Source: Ophelia neglecta | Taxonomy: Eukaryota | Direction of reading: 5' to 3' | Length of the DNA stretch: 64,000 bases | Assembly (NCBI GenBank): GCA_965285935.1 | Contig: OZ260663.1 | Coordinates: 5,704,001-5,768,000 of the forward strand | In this document: in pieces, positions 13,901 through 24,395 of the stretch | Layout: each line of letters starts with the position of its first letter | How positions within the stretch are numbered: position 1 is the stretch's first letter | The notes under the pieces: model-generated | Seen by the model: only the letters and a program-made list of their open reading frames with translations | What the model was told of the DNA's origin: nothing | The model's database searches: none | Program-made: the position numbers and the translations under genes

Positions 13901-16900
13901 ATTCTTTGAAAATAGAGTTCATGTGTGCATTATATCTACTACGTGTTATTGTTTGAACATCCTTTTTCTGTAATCCAAATATCATATTTGATTGCAGTCC
14001 CCATGCCAGAATGCAATAATTCAGGTGTGGTAAATTTAAAGTAATATAAAGTGATTTCTATATGTGTTGTGGAAGGATATGCTTGAGTTTCTTTAAAATA
14101 CATGTACATTTAGATATTTTTATTTGAAATTTTGGTTAGATGTGTGTTCCAACGAAGGTGTTTGTTTATTTAAAGACCTAGGAAATTAAAATTATGAATG
14201 CATTGTAGTTGCACCCCATATATTATGTTAATCAGAGATATCTACTACTGTCTTTATGGCCGAAGTTTTTTTTTTCACATTTAAAGACGATTTAATAAGG
14301 TTGAGTAAGTCACTTATTTTGTTGTGCTTCTCGTTAATGCTGTCACTCATATCATAGGAAGGATATGGTGGTTTTAATATGCTAAAGGTACTGCAATCTT
14401 TGTTTTTTTATTCAGCACTTTAGGTGTCTTCCGTATTTTTTCGTCTCCGTCTAACCAGTTGAGAAGCTTTCCGTGAATCATTCTAGGCCTGGTTTTTGTA
14501 CGGTCTTCCCTTGCTGGCGTCCTATCGATTCTTTCGATTATTACGTCTCTGTGTATTCCCAAACTCACCAACAGCACTTTTTTGACAGGCTCTTTTTAGG
14601 GATGCGCTTTCTTCTACCAGATAGCTTACAACGCAATTCAATACGAGAAACAAACTTATTCATACACTGACACGCCAGAAACAAACGTTCAGAGAACACA
14701 CGCTCTACTCCGGTGGGCTGGTGCTGATTGTTTAACTTTTGCTCGCTTCGCTTTGATTATATCTGTAAACGAGTAAACTATCTTCTAGATTACTAGAATA
14801 CTTCGCAAAAAATGAAATAAACTAAATAGTCTACCAGAAGAAAATATTTAACTCCGCGGTCGAGTTGTCAGAGTAGTGATATACACTCTGCCAAGATAAA
14901 CATTACCCCGGAAAGGCTGCGCTTTCCAGCAAGTACCGCTGTGCCGCCATGAATAACCTCCCTGACATCAGTGGTAGGGTTTCGTTGACACAGAACTTTT
15001 ATTTTCATTTTTAAAATACGACACATTGACTGACAACAAAATCAACTGATGCAGCAAACATTTTCCTTTAATATTCCAAAATAACAAAACGATTGGAAGG
15101 ACATATTTTCAGGGTATTTAAGCTTTGATGGCAAGAATAGCTTAAAGTGAATGACCACCAGTCGTTAAAAGTAGATATGGTATGCCTTTAATGTCTATTT
15201 ATGGAGCACTTGTCATGAATGGCGATCTTTCAATTACACAAAGACGCTATATCGACGGATTAAAGGATGTAACAATCTAAAATATCTTATAAATATGCAA
15301 TGTAAAATGATCAACTGGAGAATTAAACCGTGCATATTGTTTAACACATTATACCCCGTTGTCTGTGTGAGGTACATTGGAAATGAAATTCATTTTGGTG
15401 GCACTTCCTTCTACCTCTACGCGAGAGTTATAAATTTTCGAAGCCTCATGCTATCGTCGTATCTTACCATTGAGTATACTTGTAATCAGGCGAAGTTTGG
15501 AATAGAGAACAAGACCAGGGACCCGTTCATTGTGCACACGGGATAGCTAATGTATTCATGTCTTGGACAATCACAGTGATTGTTACAAACCTTTAGGCAA
15601 AATTATGAAAATGGATACTTTACGCTTTCCTGCGATTTATTCCAAAATGTTCGGCATGATAAGTGTGATTCCAAGTGATGACCACATTTACTCGACTTGT
15701 TTTAGGTATTATATTGAACTTTAATGTATTGATCAATTAATTGTAAAGTACAATCTGAAAGTGCACATGCGCGAAATTTACGTATAATTTGTCTATCTGT
15801 CCTATTCCAAAACACTTATTCTCTGTTTCTCATTGTACGTTGTCCGCTAGCCCCTGCTGTTAATCACTATTATTGTCGACGGTAGTTTATAAAGTAGCAT
15901 ATATATATATATGATAATTAACCCGGCCTGACTTGGTAGCCGCTTCCTGCCTGTGCAATATGTCGGATCAGGTTCTTGTCTCTAATGGAGATCTATGTAC
16001 GAGGTCGGCGGCATCAAATTCTATCTGAACTGCGACGAGCCTATTAATATATTAATGTATTGTAGATAAAATACTGGAAGAATTCTGATGGAACGGGACT
16101 GGATACCAGGCAGAGAAAACAAATTATGTATTAGCAATAGTCCACTAAAACGGTCAGAAATCATCAGGAAGCACAAAGAAATCACCAGGAAGGCAACAAA
16201 GACCCATCTCCAGCACCCTATCAGTCAATAAGTTTGTTATAAAATTAATAGTTATACATTGATATAGTGTGTAGGCAGAAGGTGGATTCAAACTTACAAC
16301 CTTTGGAATGAAAGACCAACCTACCTTCAACTTTAGTTCCTATGACCTGCACCTCGCATAGAGTAGCGTTGTCGTTGTTTGTTTTGTAGTACCCAACGTA
16401 TGTCCCGACGGCACTGCATGATACATTTATATAGGAGGGAGTATATACGGGTTCGGAGCTACATTTCGGATTTTGATGATGTGTATGGTTTCCTATCAAA
16501 ATGTCGAAGTTATCTAGTTCTGAAAGATCAATTGTGTTTAAAAATAGAAAGGTATAGGCAAACTGAGACCTGTTTCCATAAGTCCATAGGTTTGATGTAA
16601 GGTTAATATATGTGCGATTAGATGTATATTTATATTTATATATATAATTGACTGACATATGATATTTACTTTCATTGGCCCCGTATACCAAGACACTTGA
16701 GACTCTGTACAAAGCTTCTAAATTCACCCTCCACCATGCATGGCTATCCTCTGATCGAGTAATATAGGTACATTTGCCATCTGCGAAGGTTCCCTCGACG
16801 CTACCATCCACCACCTTGCCAGCTCTGTCTACGGAACCACTACTCTGTGTGGCAGGTTTATTGGTACTTACTATATCAGCTGCAAACAAAAACGGTATAT

Positions 16901-19622
16901 TGTATTTCAAACTTCATTATAGGCACGTGGTTTCTTCTTATAAACCATCCCTTTCACCTTGTATAGGTTCTATTCTTGCGATATAAACCAGACTTTATTA
17001 GACAATAACACATCGGAATAAATGTGACATACTTGCCAAACGAAATCGAAAGGTTTGATACTTTCATTTCGAAGTCCTCTCAATTATGGAAACCATGCAA
17101 TACTGGCACTAATGCAATTTGTTTCATTTTAGCAACACATTTCAAAGTTCCAATATTTTGTAAAATGCCACTACTACACTGTGTTTTGAGGCACACCGCA
17201 AATCTGTTTCGAGAAAACCCCAAAAGGAAATGGATACTCAGAGATCACAAGACCCGGCAGCGACCATCGACAGACACAAAGTTCCGTTTAAAAAAGGTTT
17301 TATACCTTTAAACTCAACAAGAACTAACCAATTATAAATGAATTGATTTGTTGTGAGGATCAGTTCAAAGTTTTCATGTACTTATTGGTTTTTTTATGTA
17401 GCGACTGAAATGGGACCAATCATTGTTTTAACATCGCGTATAATAATATCGGTTGGAATTAAGGATGGTGAAATGGTACTGATTTTACCATCCTTAAATC
17501 CAACCGACATGATTACATGGGATAGACATAGAGGACACAGATAGACATAGACCTAGAGGAATATGAATATAAGATTAAATTATACCAAAATACAAATTGG
17601 GTGAAAACAGTAAGGGTGGAGGGGGAGCCTGGCAAAGCAAATTCAGTACTCAAGATGAGTCCATTTAATCGGTCCGAAATAATCAAGAACAGTCAGCTGC
17701 AGGCCTACATCCATCAACCCCAAGTTCCCTCATTGCAAATAAGCTTGTAATAAAATTAATAACATCAAAACTAAAATGTGTTATCACTTGCAATGAGAAG
17801 AAGTCAACACTTTCCCCTAATAGGAGTCAAAGCACAAGACAAACGAATCAGTGATTAACGTAGGACAGATAAGAAATATACCCTAGGAGAGACTAGGATG
17901 GCTCAAGCTCTCTCATAATTTCGAGAATAAAGATGAATTTGCCTCAGTGTTGACAAAATCAAAGAATTGTGCAATTTAAAAGTATATAGGCCTGTTAGAT
18001 AAACTATCTGTGTCAATCATCATAATACGATTCAAAGAAGTCATGACTGGTTACGTCCTCACAATCTGTATTAAAATCAAACAGTAAACAGTTGAGATAT
18101 GGGCATTTTTCTTTCAGTTGCCACTGTGGTATTGGAAATATCCCCTTTTTCGTTGACAAGGAGTAAAAATAAAAGAAGAAATTATGTTGACATTATCCAA
18201 GTTGGCATTGTTAATTAAGAATAATAAAGGAATTGCCAGAAACACACTAAACATAATGAAATGATATCAGGCGGAATTTAAGTAATATATTTGAATTAGA
18301 CACGCATTTCAATGTTTTAGACCCTTTTATCCTTTTCCAGGAAGTACCGTCACACAGCTAACATGATTACAGCGATGGGAGCCTGCAGCCCACCATTTTT
18401 CCTCTATAGCGGAATTGTAGATGAATTAATGTTAGCATTTTCAGGAGCAATTGTCATACGACACAGAAACGACAGACAGGTGAGATATTGGATGAATGTT
18501 GAAAAAAACAGTAAATTTGTCCGACAACATGCAAGATATTGTTGTTCGTAATAACCTTAATATATACTTATTTATTCATAAAAAGTTTGAAAGTCTCCAT
18601 GACAACAATACCTACTCATATCGTGGACATTATTGGCATTGTAAATAAACAGATTTATTCATTACAAGCATAGCAAGTGCAAATCTGAGAATAACAAAAT
18701 AGGAATAAAGGACGGTGCATAGATATAGAATAGTTTTGAATGCCTTTTTAATAGAATGACCCGGGTTAGGTTCAGGAGAAACAGGGTGTGATTGAACCAC
18801 TCTTGTCGAGAAAATTGCTAATGCAAAATGGTTCAAATAGTGTTTCCCGTCTGCCCGTTAAGTGACAAAATATGCCTTAACCAGCAGTCGTGCTATTCCT
18901 TAATTTCTATTCATGATACGCAACAGGGGATAGCTGCATATCAATGAATGAAAACTTTGAATACATTGCACGGCCACACTCACTTTTATAAACAGCGATG
19001 TATGTAGGCTGTCATTATAAATGTTATTCAGCATGTGCGGCAGAGTGTAATGAAAAGCATATAGGTGGCAAAGCTACTTAACAAACCTTGTTCAGGCCAT
19101 TCGTGTTAACTGTTAAAAAACCTTCTTAAAATGCCTACAAACAAAACCATAAGCTAATTGATATATACAGTAATAACAATATTGACTGTGAATCATTGTT
19201 ATTACGAAAACTTAAAAAATTTGGTTAATAATAACAATTCACTTGCAATATCGTAATCAACCCAAAATTTCGTGAAAATATCCCATTGTAAGCAATCATT
19301 AATAAGTTATATGTGTGTTTTTGTGGGGACGAAGGGGGAGGGGTGAAATATTGGACCCAAAACCGGACCAGTGACCACGGTCTTGTATTAGTGTGTTTTA
19401 AGTGACACTATGTAGTTTTAATTACAGTGTGAGAACACAATATCATCATGAAAAGCCCTAAAATGACAAACTGAAAAGCATTGCTCGTTTGTGAGAAAAC
19501 CTTATGAAGGAGGATGTCCACTTACTTTTGTAAACAGAAATATATACATTACCTTTTACAGCGCTCATCAAAATGTAGACATTCAGCCATGTGTACACTG
19601 ATTTGTGTACTACAACTGACAT
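1865..19622 (-). CDS. Gene A: type I receptor, SP-FTLD-(EGF-FN3)x5-TM-ITAM-like tail, ~1148 aa, 16 coding exons
   Basis: Exons in transcript order: 19622-19553, 16879-16670, 16519-16325, 12653-12507, 12256-11915, 11596-11441, 11108-10749, 10389-10240, 7309-6947, 6838-6683, 5336-4980, 4877-4728, 4083-3736, 2917-2746, 2441-2245, 1938-1865. All GT-AG, phases compatible, total 3447 nt, no internal stops seen. Some acceptors have an in-frame alternative 6 nt away. Confidence 0.85.
2245..2441 (-). CDS. Gene A cytoplasmic exon
   Basis: ttgtag acceptor, gtaagt donor, phase 2-1; ends HPYETRKPSAREY. Confidence 0.85.
2746..2917 (-). CDS. Gene A stalk + transmembrane exon
   Basis: Ser/Thr-rich stalk, then IGVIAGAVTGVVILVIAVVAAFFIG. 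Confidence 0.85.
2980..3255. repeat. Degenerate ~22-bp minisatellite, consensus ~ATATCTCATGGTCTCATTAAGT, about 12 units
   Basis: Recurrent tctcatggtctcatt cores at ~22-nt period; present only in the gene A intron. Confidence 0.75.
3425..3582. mobile_element. Partial Tc1/mariner-pogo-type MITE
   Basis: Ends ...ggtggtcttaattcacaggtttcactg|ta, the reverse complement of a TA-CAGTGAAACCTGT terminus; internal agaccac repeats; other terminus not seen. Confidence 0.5.
3736..4083 (-). CDS. Gene A FN3 exon 5
   Basis: 348 nt, phase 1-1; SVTWQW..YHIYYR..LQPNTEYLFKLTA FN3 signature. Confidence 0.9.
4728..4877 (-). CDS. Gene A EGF-like exon 5
   Basis: 8 Cys, phase 1-1; alternative acceptor at 4883. Confidence 0.85.
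4980..5336 (-). CDS. Gene A FN3 exon 4
   Basis: 357 nt, phase 1-1. Confidence 0.9.
5800..6420 (+). mobile_element. Degenerate CR1-like LINE ORF2 3' fragment
   Basis: Frame reading LENVQFGAIRLISGIRRGTSH (~6057-6119) resembles the post-RT region of CR1 elements; ~5440-6460 is absent from the matching gene B intron. Confidence 0.5.
6683..6838 (-). CDS. Gene A EGF-like exon 4
   Basis: 156 nt, phase 1-1, 8 Cys. Confidence 0.9.
   Translation of the reverse strand, partial: FPCVTKVWWERIVAALIVATSLVRRRPESAPVGAPMTSTRTGGLGTNVMYN
6947..7309 (-). CDS. Gene A FN3 exon 3
   Basis: 363 nt, phase 1-1. Confidence 0.9.
8000..10190 (-). mobile_element. Decayed non-LTR retrotransposon (RTE/RTEX-like RT)
   Basis: DWFLVLLGLHQVGQLSILLF...GNAYDV resembles RT motifs (QGVxQGxxLSPLLF / YADD); LHPLQGA upstream; Cys/His remnant near 8350-8430; many stops. 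Confidence 0.6.
10240..10389 (-). CDS. Gene A EGF-like exon 3
   Basis: 150 nt, phase 1-1. Confidence 0.9.
10749..11108 (-). CDS. Gene A FN3 exon 2
   Basis: 360 nt, phase 1-1. Confidence 0.9.
11441..11596 (-). CDS. Gene A EGF-like exon 2
   Basis: 156 nt, phase 1-1. Confidence 0.9.
11915..12256 (-). CDS. Gene A FN3 exon 1
   Basis: 342 nt, phase 1-1; several NxS/T sequons. Confidence 0.9.
12507..12653 (-). CDS. Gene A EGF-like exon 1
   Basis: 147 nt; GCNPGHFGPNCCSGHCKDDSCDNDGSCTDGC...WIGNEC. Confidence 0.9.
13550..14720 (-). mobile_element. Decayed LINE 5' part (ORF1-like)
   Basis: IIERIDRTP..RPRMIHGKLLNWLD resembles the LINE ORF1p IERAHR..RPRPIIVKL motif; partly shared with B (31600-32010). 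Confidence 0.45.
16325..16519 (-). CDS. Gene A F-type lectin/F5-8C domain, C-terminal half
   Basis: NFDILIGN..C..C..GTYV..TLCEVQVIG; phase 1-1. Confidence 0.85.
16670..16879 (-). CDS. Gene A F-type lectin/F5-8C domain, N-terminal half
   Basis: NKPATQSS..AGKVVDG..CTYI..AWWRVNL..YRVSSV, a fucolectin-like pattern; phase 1-1. Confidence 0.85.
19553..19622 (-). CDS. Gene A leader exon MSVVVHKSVYTWLNVYILMSAVK(A)
   Basis: 70 nt from ATG to phase-1 donor G|gtaatg; hydrophobic; homologous 70-nt exons upstream of B and C. Confidence 0.75.
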
Positions 19623-20450
19623 CTTTCGATCGTTATAGAATATTCCAAGAGAAAGTCAAAACACTATACAATGATCAAACATGGCTTCCTTGTCCGTCCC
19701 CCAAGCAAAGATGGCGAGTCTATTTATACTGATTCGTGTGCCATCATTCGTAGCAAGGATATATGCCTTACCTGCTGATATTACCTGCAGTCTCTCTCTG
19801 AGATGTGACTTTCACGGTTGAGCACCTCCGATGAATATATTTACAGTTTTGAATCTCTGTTTTCATTGTAAGTTTTTTCATACTTCTATATACTGCACAT
19901 TATGATTTTACAGAACCGATTCATTATACATAGAACACGGAAAGTATCATTCAGTGTGTGCGACCAACTGTGATGTATTGCCGCTGTAAAGGGGCCATTT
20001 TACTTCTAACTATTAATTTGTACTTAACGTGGGGTATAGCACTACATGTATGTTTACTATAGAGAGAAAACCCGCCTTAGATTGTGTCAGGCATATGACA
20101 TGTACAACTAGTATCGAATCGGTATAAACATTGACAGAGATTCGACTATAGTTAGACTGTTATTATTTGAAAGATCTTGAAGCAGAGAAGAAAATAATAG
20201 TTTGCTTGCTTCCCCTGTATGTAAGGAGCCATTACAATAAAATGAATCTGACATTACAATCATTACTTCAGCGATGGGAACTAGATAAGTCATAAGATCA
20301 TATAGCCCACAGTTTAGTTTTAATGTTATACCGAAATATTGGAGGAACATATGTTAATCCTTGATTAGAAGGAGGCTTAGTCCGTCTATGAGATAGTGGT
20401 TTAATCGGGACATGGAATGCACATCGCAGTAATTTGTAGGATATACCTGC
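19623..20450 (-). promoter_or_regulatory. Conserved upstream/5'UTR block of the receptor genes
   Basis: Alignable by eye with 34706-35560, 49567-50440, 55869-56250 and weakly 51060-51330; includes a conserved AAGATGGC (YY1-like) motif and a CTGCAG|GTAA donor-like site. Confidence 0.4.
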
Positions 20451-20639
20451 CCGTGTGAAAGACACAGAAATAAAACTGACCAGGCAACATGGCCAAGGAG
20501 CATTGACTTATAAAACACCGGATTGCAGAAATAGTCTGCTCCCACTTTTGGCATTGATAGGCGTGCTTTATTCTTCATAATTTGGTATGGAAAGGTGTGT
20601 TTTGGAGTTACGTGGCAACACAATCCCAAAGTGCCAAAT

Positions 20640-22665
20640 ATGGAGGAAGATAGGGATCATCACGTCATAGAAAAAGGACAATGAGTCCATTCCAGATCTC
20701 ATCCAGAAAATGGATGATTTGACAAAGTCAGAACAATTTCGTGTTGCAGATGCAGGAGGATGAAACTGCAGTTATTGAGATTGAGAAATAGGAGCCTAAA
20801 ACTAGGATTGTTGCATTGGAGCAATATTCGCGAAAACCAAAATAGAAATACAAGGCATTCCTGAAACGAGGGCAGAAAACGTAAAAGGCAATTTGATGAA
20901 GCCATGTCAAACCATCGGAGTGCCAATGGTTGCGAAATTATTGAAGCAGCTCACAGAGTTCTACGTCCGAGCGGTGTGGCAAAAGAGGAGAGAAAGCCTT
21001 TGAAATTTGCGAGTGTGGCAAAGAGGAGAGAAGGGTATTAGAAATTTGCGAGTCGGAAGATGAAAGACTGCGTTCTCAGGGAATACAGGATGAGAAGATT
21101 CAACATCAACTCCCAAAGCATAGAACCGTCATTTGGAAATAATCATCTTGCGTCTGACAGGTAAATGGGAAGGCTTGAGCAGCCCAGAATAAGGAAAATA
21201 TCAGTTACTTGTGGACCCGTGATGGAAATATTCTGATGGGACGAAGGGAGGGAACGCCAGTCATAAGAATAAGCCAGGAGGAGGACTGCAGTATGATGGC
21301 TGGCCAAATAGGTGATTAGAAAATTAGTGTTATGAAAGAATCTCCGTATTACTCGCGAGAACAACTTGGAGATTTGAGTAAACAATCAGAATATACTCAA
21401 TCTCTTAATGTCTTGAACCTGTAGTATAAGCTTATTTAAGAAAAAACTTGAACTTGTCTTCTTATTGTGCGAGTTCCAAGAACTTTATACGTTTGTATTT
21501 GACATTATAGCTTTAAGAAATTTGGCTGGATGATAAACTTGAACCACTTGTCCCTGAGCCCAGCTATGAATTTATTACTAAACACAAGGCTGGTAGAAAA
21601 GAGGGGGGCCGTGTTGGTATTTATATTAAAACTTGAATCCGGGGTCAAAGGATTATAATCAGCACTATTTATAGGTAACCCAGTTATAATAACATACCTG
21701 AAGTAAGTTTATACCACCTACCGTAACGGTATGAATATTGTTACACAAAAGGCTGAGGCCAACTTTTGGGAAGATAAATAATAATATATCAAAGGTTTAT
21801 ATGAAGAATACTTGGTCAAATATCACACAGGTTCTAAACAAAAAGACACCAGTTACCATTCAAAATATTTCCTTCGATGAAGACGGGAGTAAACTATATA
21901 CGCTTAAAAAATATCTAATTCATTCAATTTTTATTTCGATGATATAGGTCCTGCATTACCCCCGGTCCCTAAATAGTTGTGTTGATTACAGAGAATTTCC
22001 TCACAACCCATCAATAAACAGCCTATATAAGACTTATACCAATTGTGATGAAATTCGTAGGGTTGTTGATATACATTGTAATGAAGCCAAAAACAAGTAC
22101 TGGCTATGATAACATATCTCCCAAATTGATATAACAAACCATTGATCGCATTGTTTTACCAGTGACACACATTTTTAACGATATGGTAAAGAATGGCATA
22201 TTTCCTGAGGATTTAAAAATTTCGAAGGTATTACCTATCTTTAACTTTAACGGATGGAAATAACAACACGAGTTAGTCGTTTATAACGATACCATATTCT
22301 TGGTTAATACATTACTTCATATAGCTTTCGGAATAAAGTACTTTCGGAATAAACCCATGCTTATGTTTTCACACCTATTAAATTGTCTTAAAGCTTACCT
22401 CTAGCCACTTTACCCTAGAAATTGTCTTCCTATGTAAATCACAATATCTGGAAGAACCAGTAATTAGCCATGATCCTGTTAAACTATTCAAGTAAACCAC
22501 TGTCCCCACCTTGTTGACAATATCCGTACCAAATTAAAGACTTATGGTGACCTTGCGTTTTCACACTGTGGCCCAAAGGTACGAAATGATTTCCCTTTAG
22601 AACCCAGATCCCAATGTTGCTATTGAAACGATTACTTAAAACATGTCTATTGAAAAAAGCATATA
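20640..22665 (+). mobile_element. Decayed, internally deleted CR1/L2-type LINE (copy 1)
   Basis: ORF1-like LWTRDGNILM; endonuclease-like FDIIA..IWLDD..GRKEGGRVGIYIK; RT-start KPKTSTGYDNISPKL..GIFPEDLKISKVLPIF; 3' KTYGDLAFSHCGPK. Confidence 0.7.
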
Positions 22666-24321
22666 AAGTATAATACCAGTGTTAAATCCACTATTGTTGT
22701 AGTTAATTTACTCTAAATGTTAGATTTTATATGGCAGGTGTATTACATATATGATGTCTTTAACGCTTACTGTTATTCAGGAATGCATTTGTTTACATTT
22801 TGAATATATATTGTATTTGTACCGAGGTTCGTACTGCAGCTTACATCTCTTATCGACTTTGAACAATTTCCTTAATAGACAAGCTAACTTGCCAAATCAG
22901 CCACAGGCAATCATTGTAATATCGGACACAGTGACGCCCCTTATCTGTCGAGAAAATAAATCAGCTAGCATAGAAACAAGACCAAAGCAACGAGACTGCC
23001 TTATCCATTAAGCAGGCGAACATGCCACGAATAAATCTTAACTTTTGATATCAACAGTCTTGCGAATATAGATATGGGAATGTCTACGATCTCTACTGAT
23101 AAAAAGCAATTCACAGATGACTGCTTTCTAAGAAGTGTGATATTATTGACGTCGTAGCCCTTGTGCGTTTGGTTCCTACAATTATATACATGTCAATGCA
23201 GTACACTACCTGCCTCACGATGATTACATATCTACCCCTTTGGGGATGAGCACCAAGCCGTGATACAGGGCAACTGGCATTGGTAAAAAGTTAGTAAGAA
23301 TATCTGCTTCCGATCATAAATTTTGTTGTTTCGTGGTATGTTGCATTTTGCGCCAGAACTTGCGAAACTTGATTTGGCTTCAGGCTTTTCATACTAGCAA
23401 GCCAGGCAAACTACATATTGATCCCATTGGTAAGAACACAGAAGAGAAGTCATCCCTGGCAGCGTTCATGACTGAGATTTCTTTGCTTTGTTATAACTGC
23501 TGGGATCTGATGATGCAGACCCCACAGTTTGACCCGATCATGACGCTTTTGAGTATTGTAAAAGGTACTGTTTTGACATGATGGTTGTAGATGGTCTTGC
23601 GGAACGGGCTTAAAAAAATATGGCAGTACTGTGAACAGATAGCCGGAACCCCGACACACAGCGACAACATTATCCCAGTGCAAAATGGCGCCTTGCTGGA
23701 CTAATGAAAGCTGACCTTAACGTCTAACATGTTCCACTGTTTCTAGATATCTGTATGTCATTTTACTCTAAAATAAGGACTAACATGTTTCATTTTTATG
23801 AACATATTTAATCTACTTTCACACCTCTGACCCAAGAAATAAAATATATCATGACTGACGATGATGTATGCTTTCCGCAACATTCCATAATTTAGCTTCA
23901 GGTTGGAGTTCTATGGCACACAAAACTAACTGAAGTAGACGCTGTGGTGACGAGGACGGAGGACCAACACGGGCTACTTATCTAACTTGGTGATTTGTTC
24001 TCCTCTATTTAGCTCGACCTGTTAGCGCTCCGGTTTTAACTTTACTTATTTATTCTCTTGCCTTTACTTGACATTTATGATATAACAGATAAAGTTCCCA
24101 TTTGATTTAAAAACTCGAAAACAAATACTAGATAAAACAGTACAACAGGCAATAACATCTAAATTTTATTTTACACATTTGTGCACAACACAGAAATTTG
24201 TTTGATAAATGAACAGCTATACTTATTATTACACAACGCTGGCAATTAATTTGCACCGAGATCAATTAATATCTAATAGACAGATAACTGCTCTCTTACT
24301 TAAGATGTACAAAGGTATTAG

Positions 24322-24395
24322 TCAAATTTCTTCATATTCACCACCATTAACGTGCGGTCTCAGGCCTTCATAGGGATTGACCTTGTTGAAGTTTT
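24322..24395 (-). CDS. Gene B last exon, ENFNKVNPYEGLRPHVNGGEYEEI*
   Basis: 74 nt; YxxL-x8-YxxI. Confidence 0.85.

Noticed and set aside
20108-20350. Repeated ORF ...LVPIAEVMIVMSDSFYCN... (also 35205-35447, 50133-50336) as a small conserved gene
   Set aside because: Frame and start are not preserved in the C copy; it lies in the duplicated upstream block and has no recognisable motif
20447-20503. MLLGHVAWSVLFLCLSHGQ as the signal-peptide exon of A
   Set aside because: Phase-0 donor is incompatible with the lectin exon; the B copy differs by a 5-nt indel; a conserved phase-1 leader exists at 19553-19622
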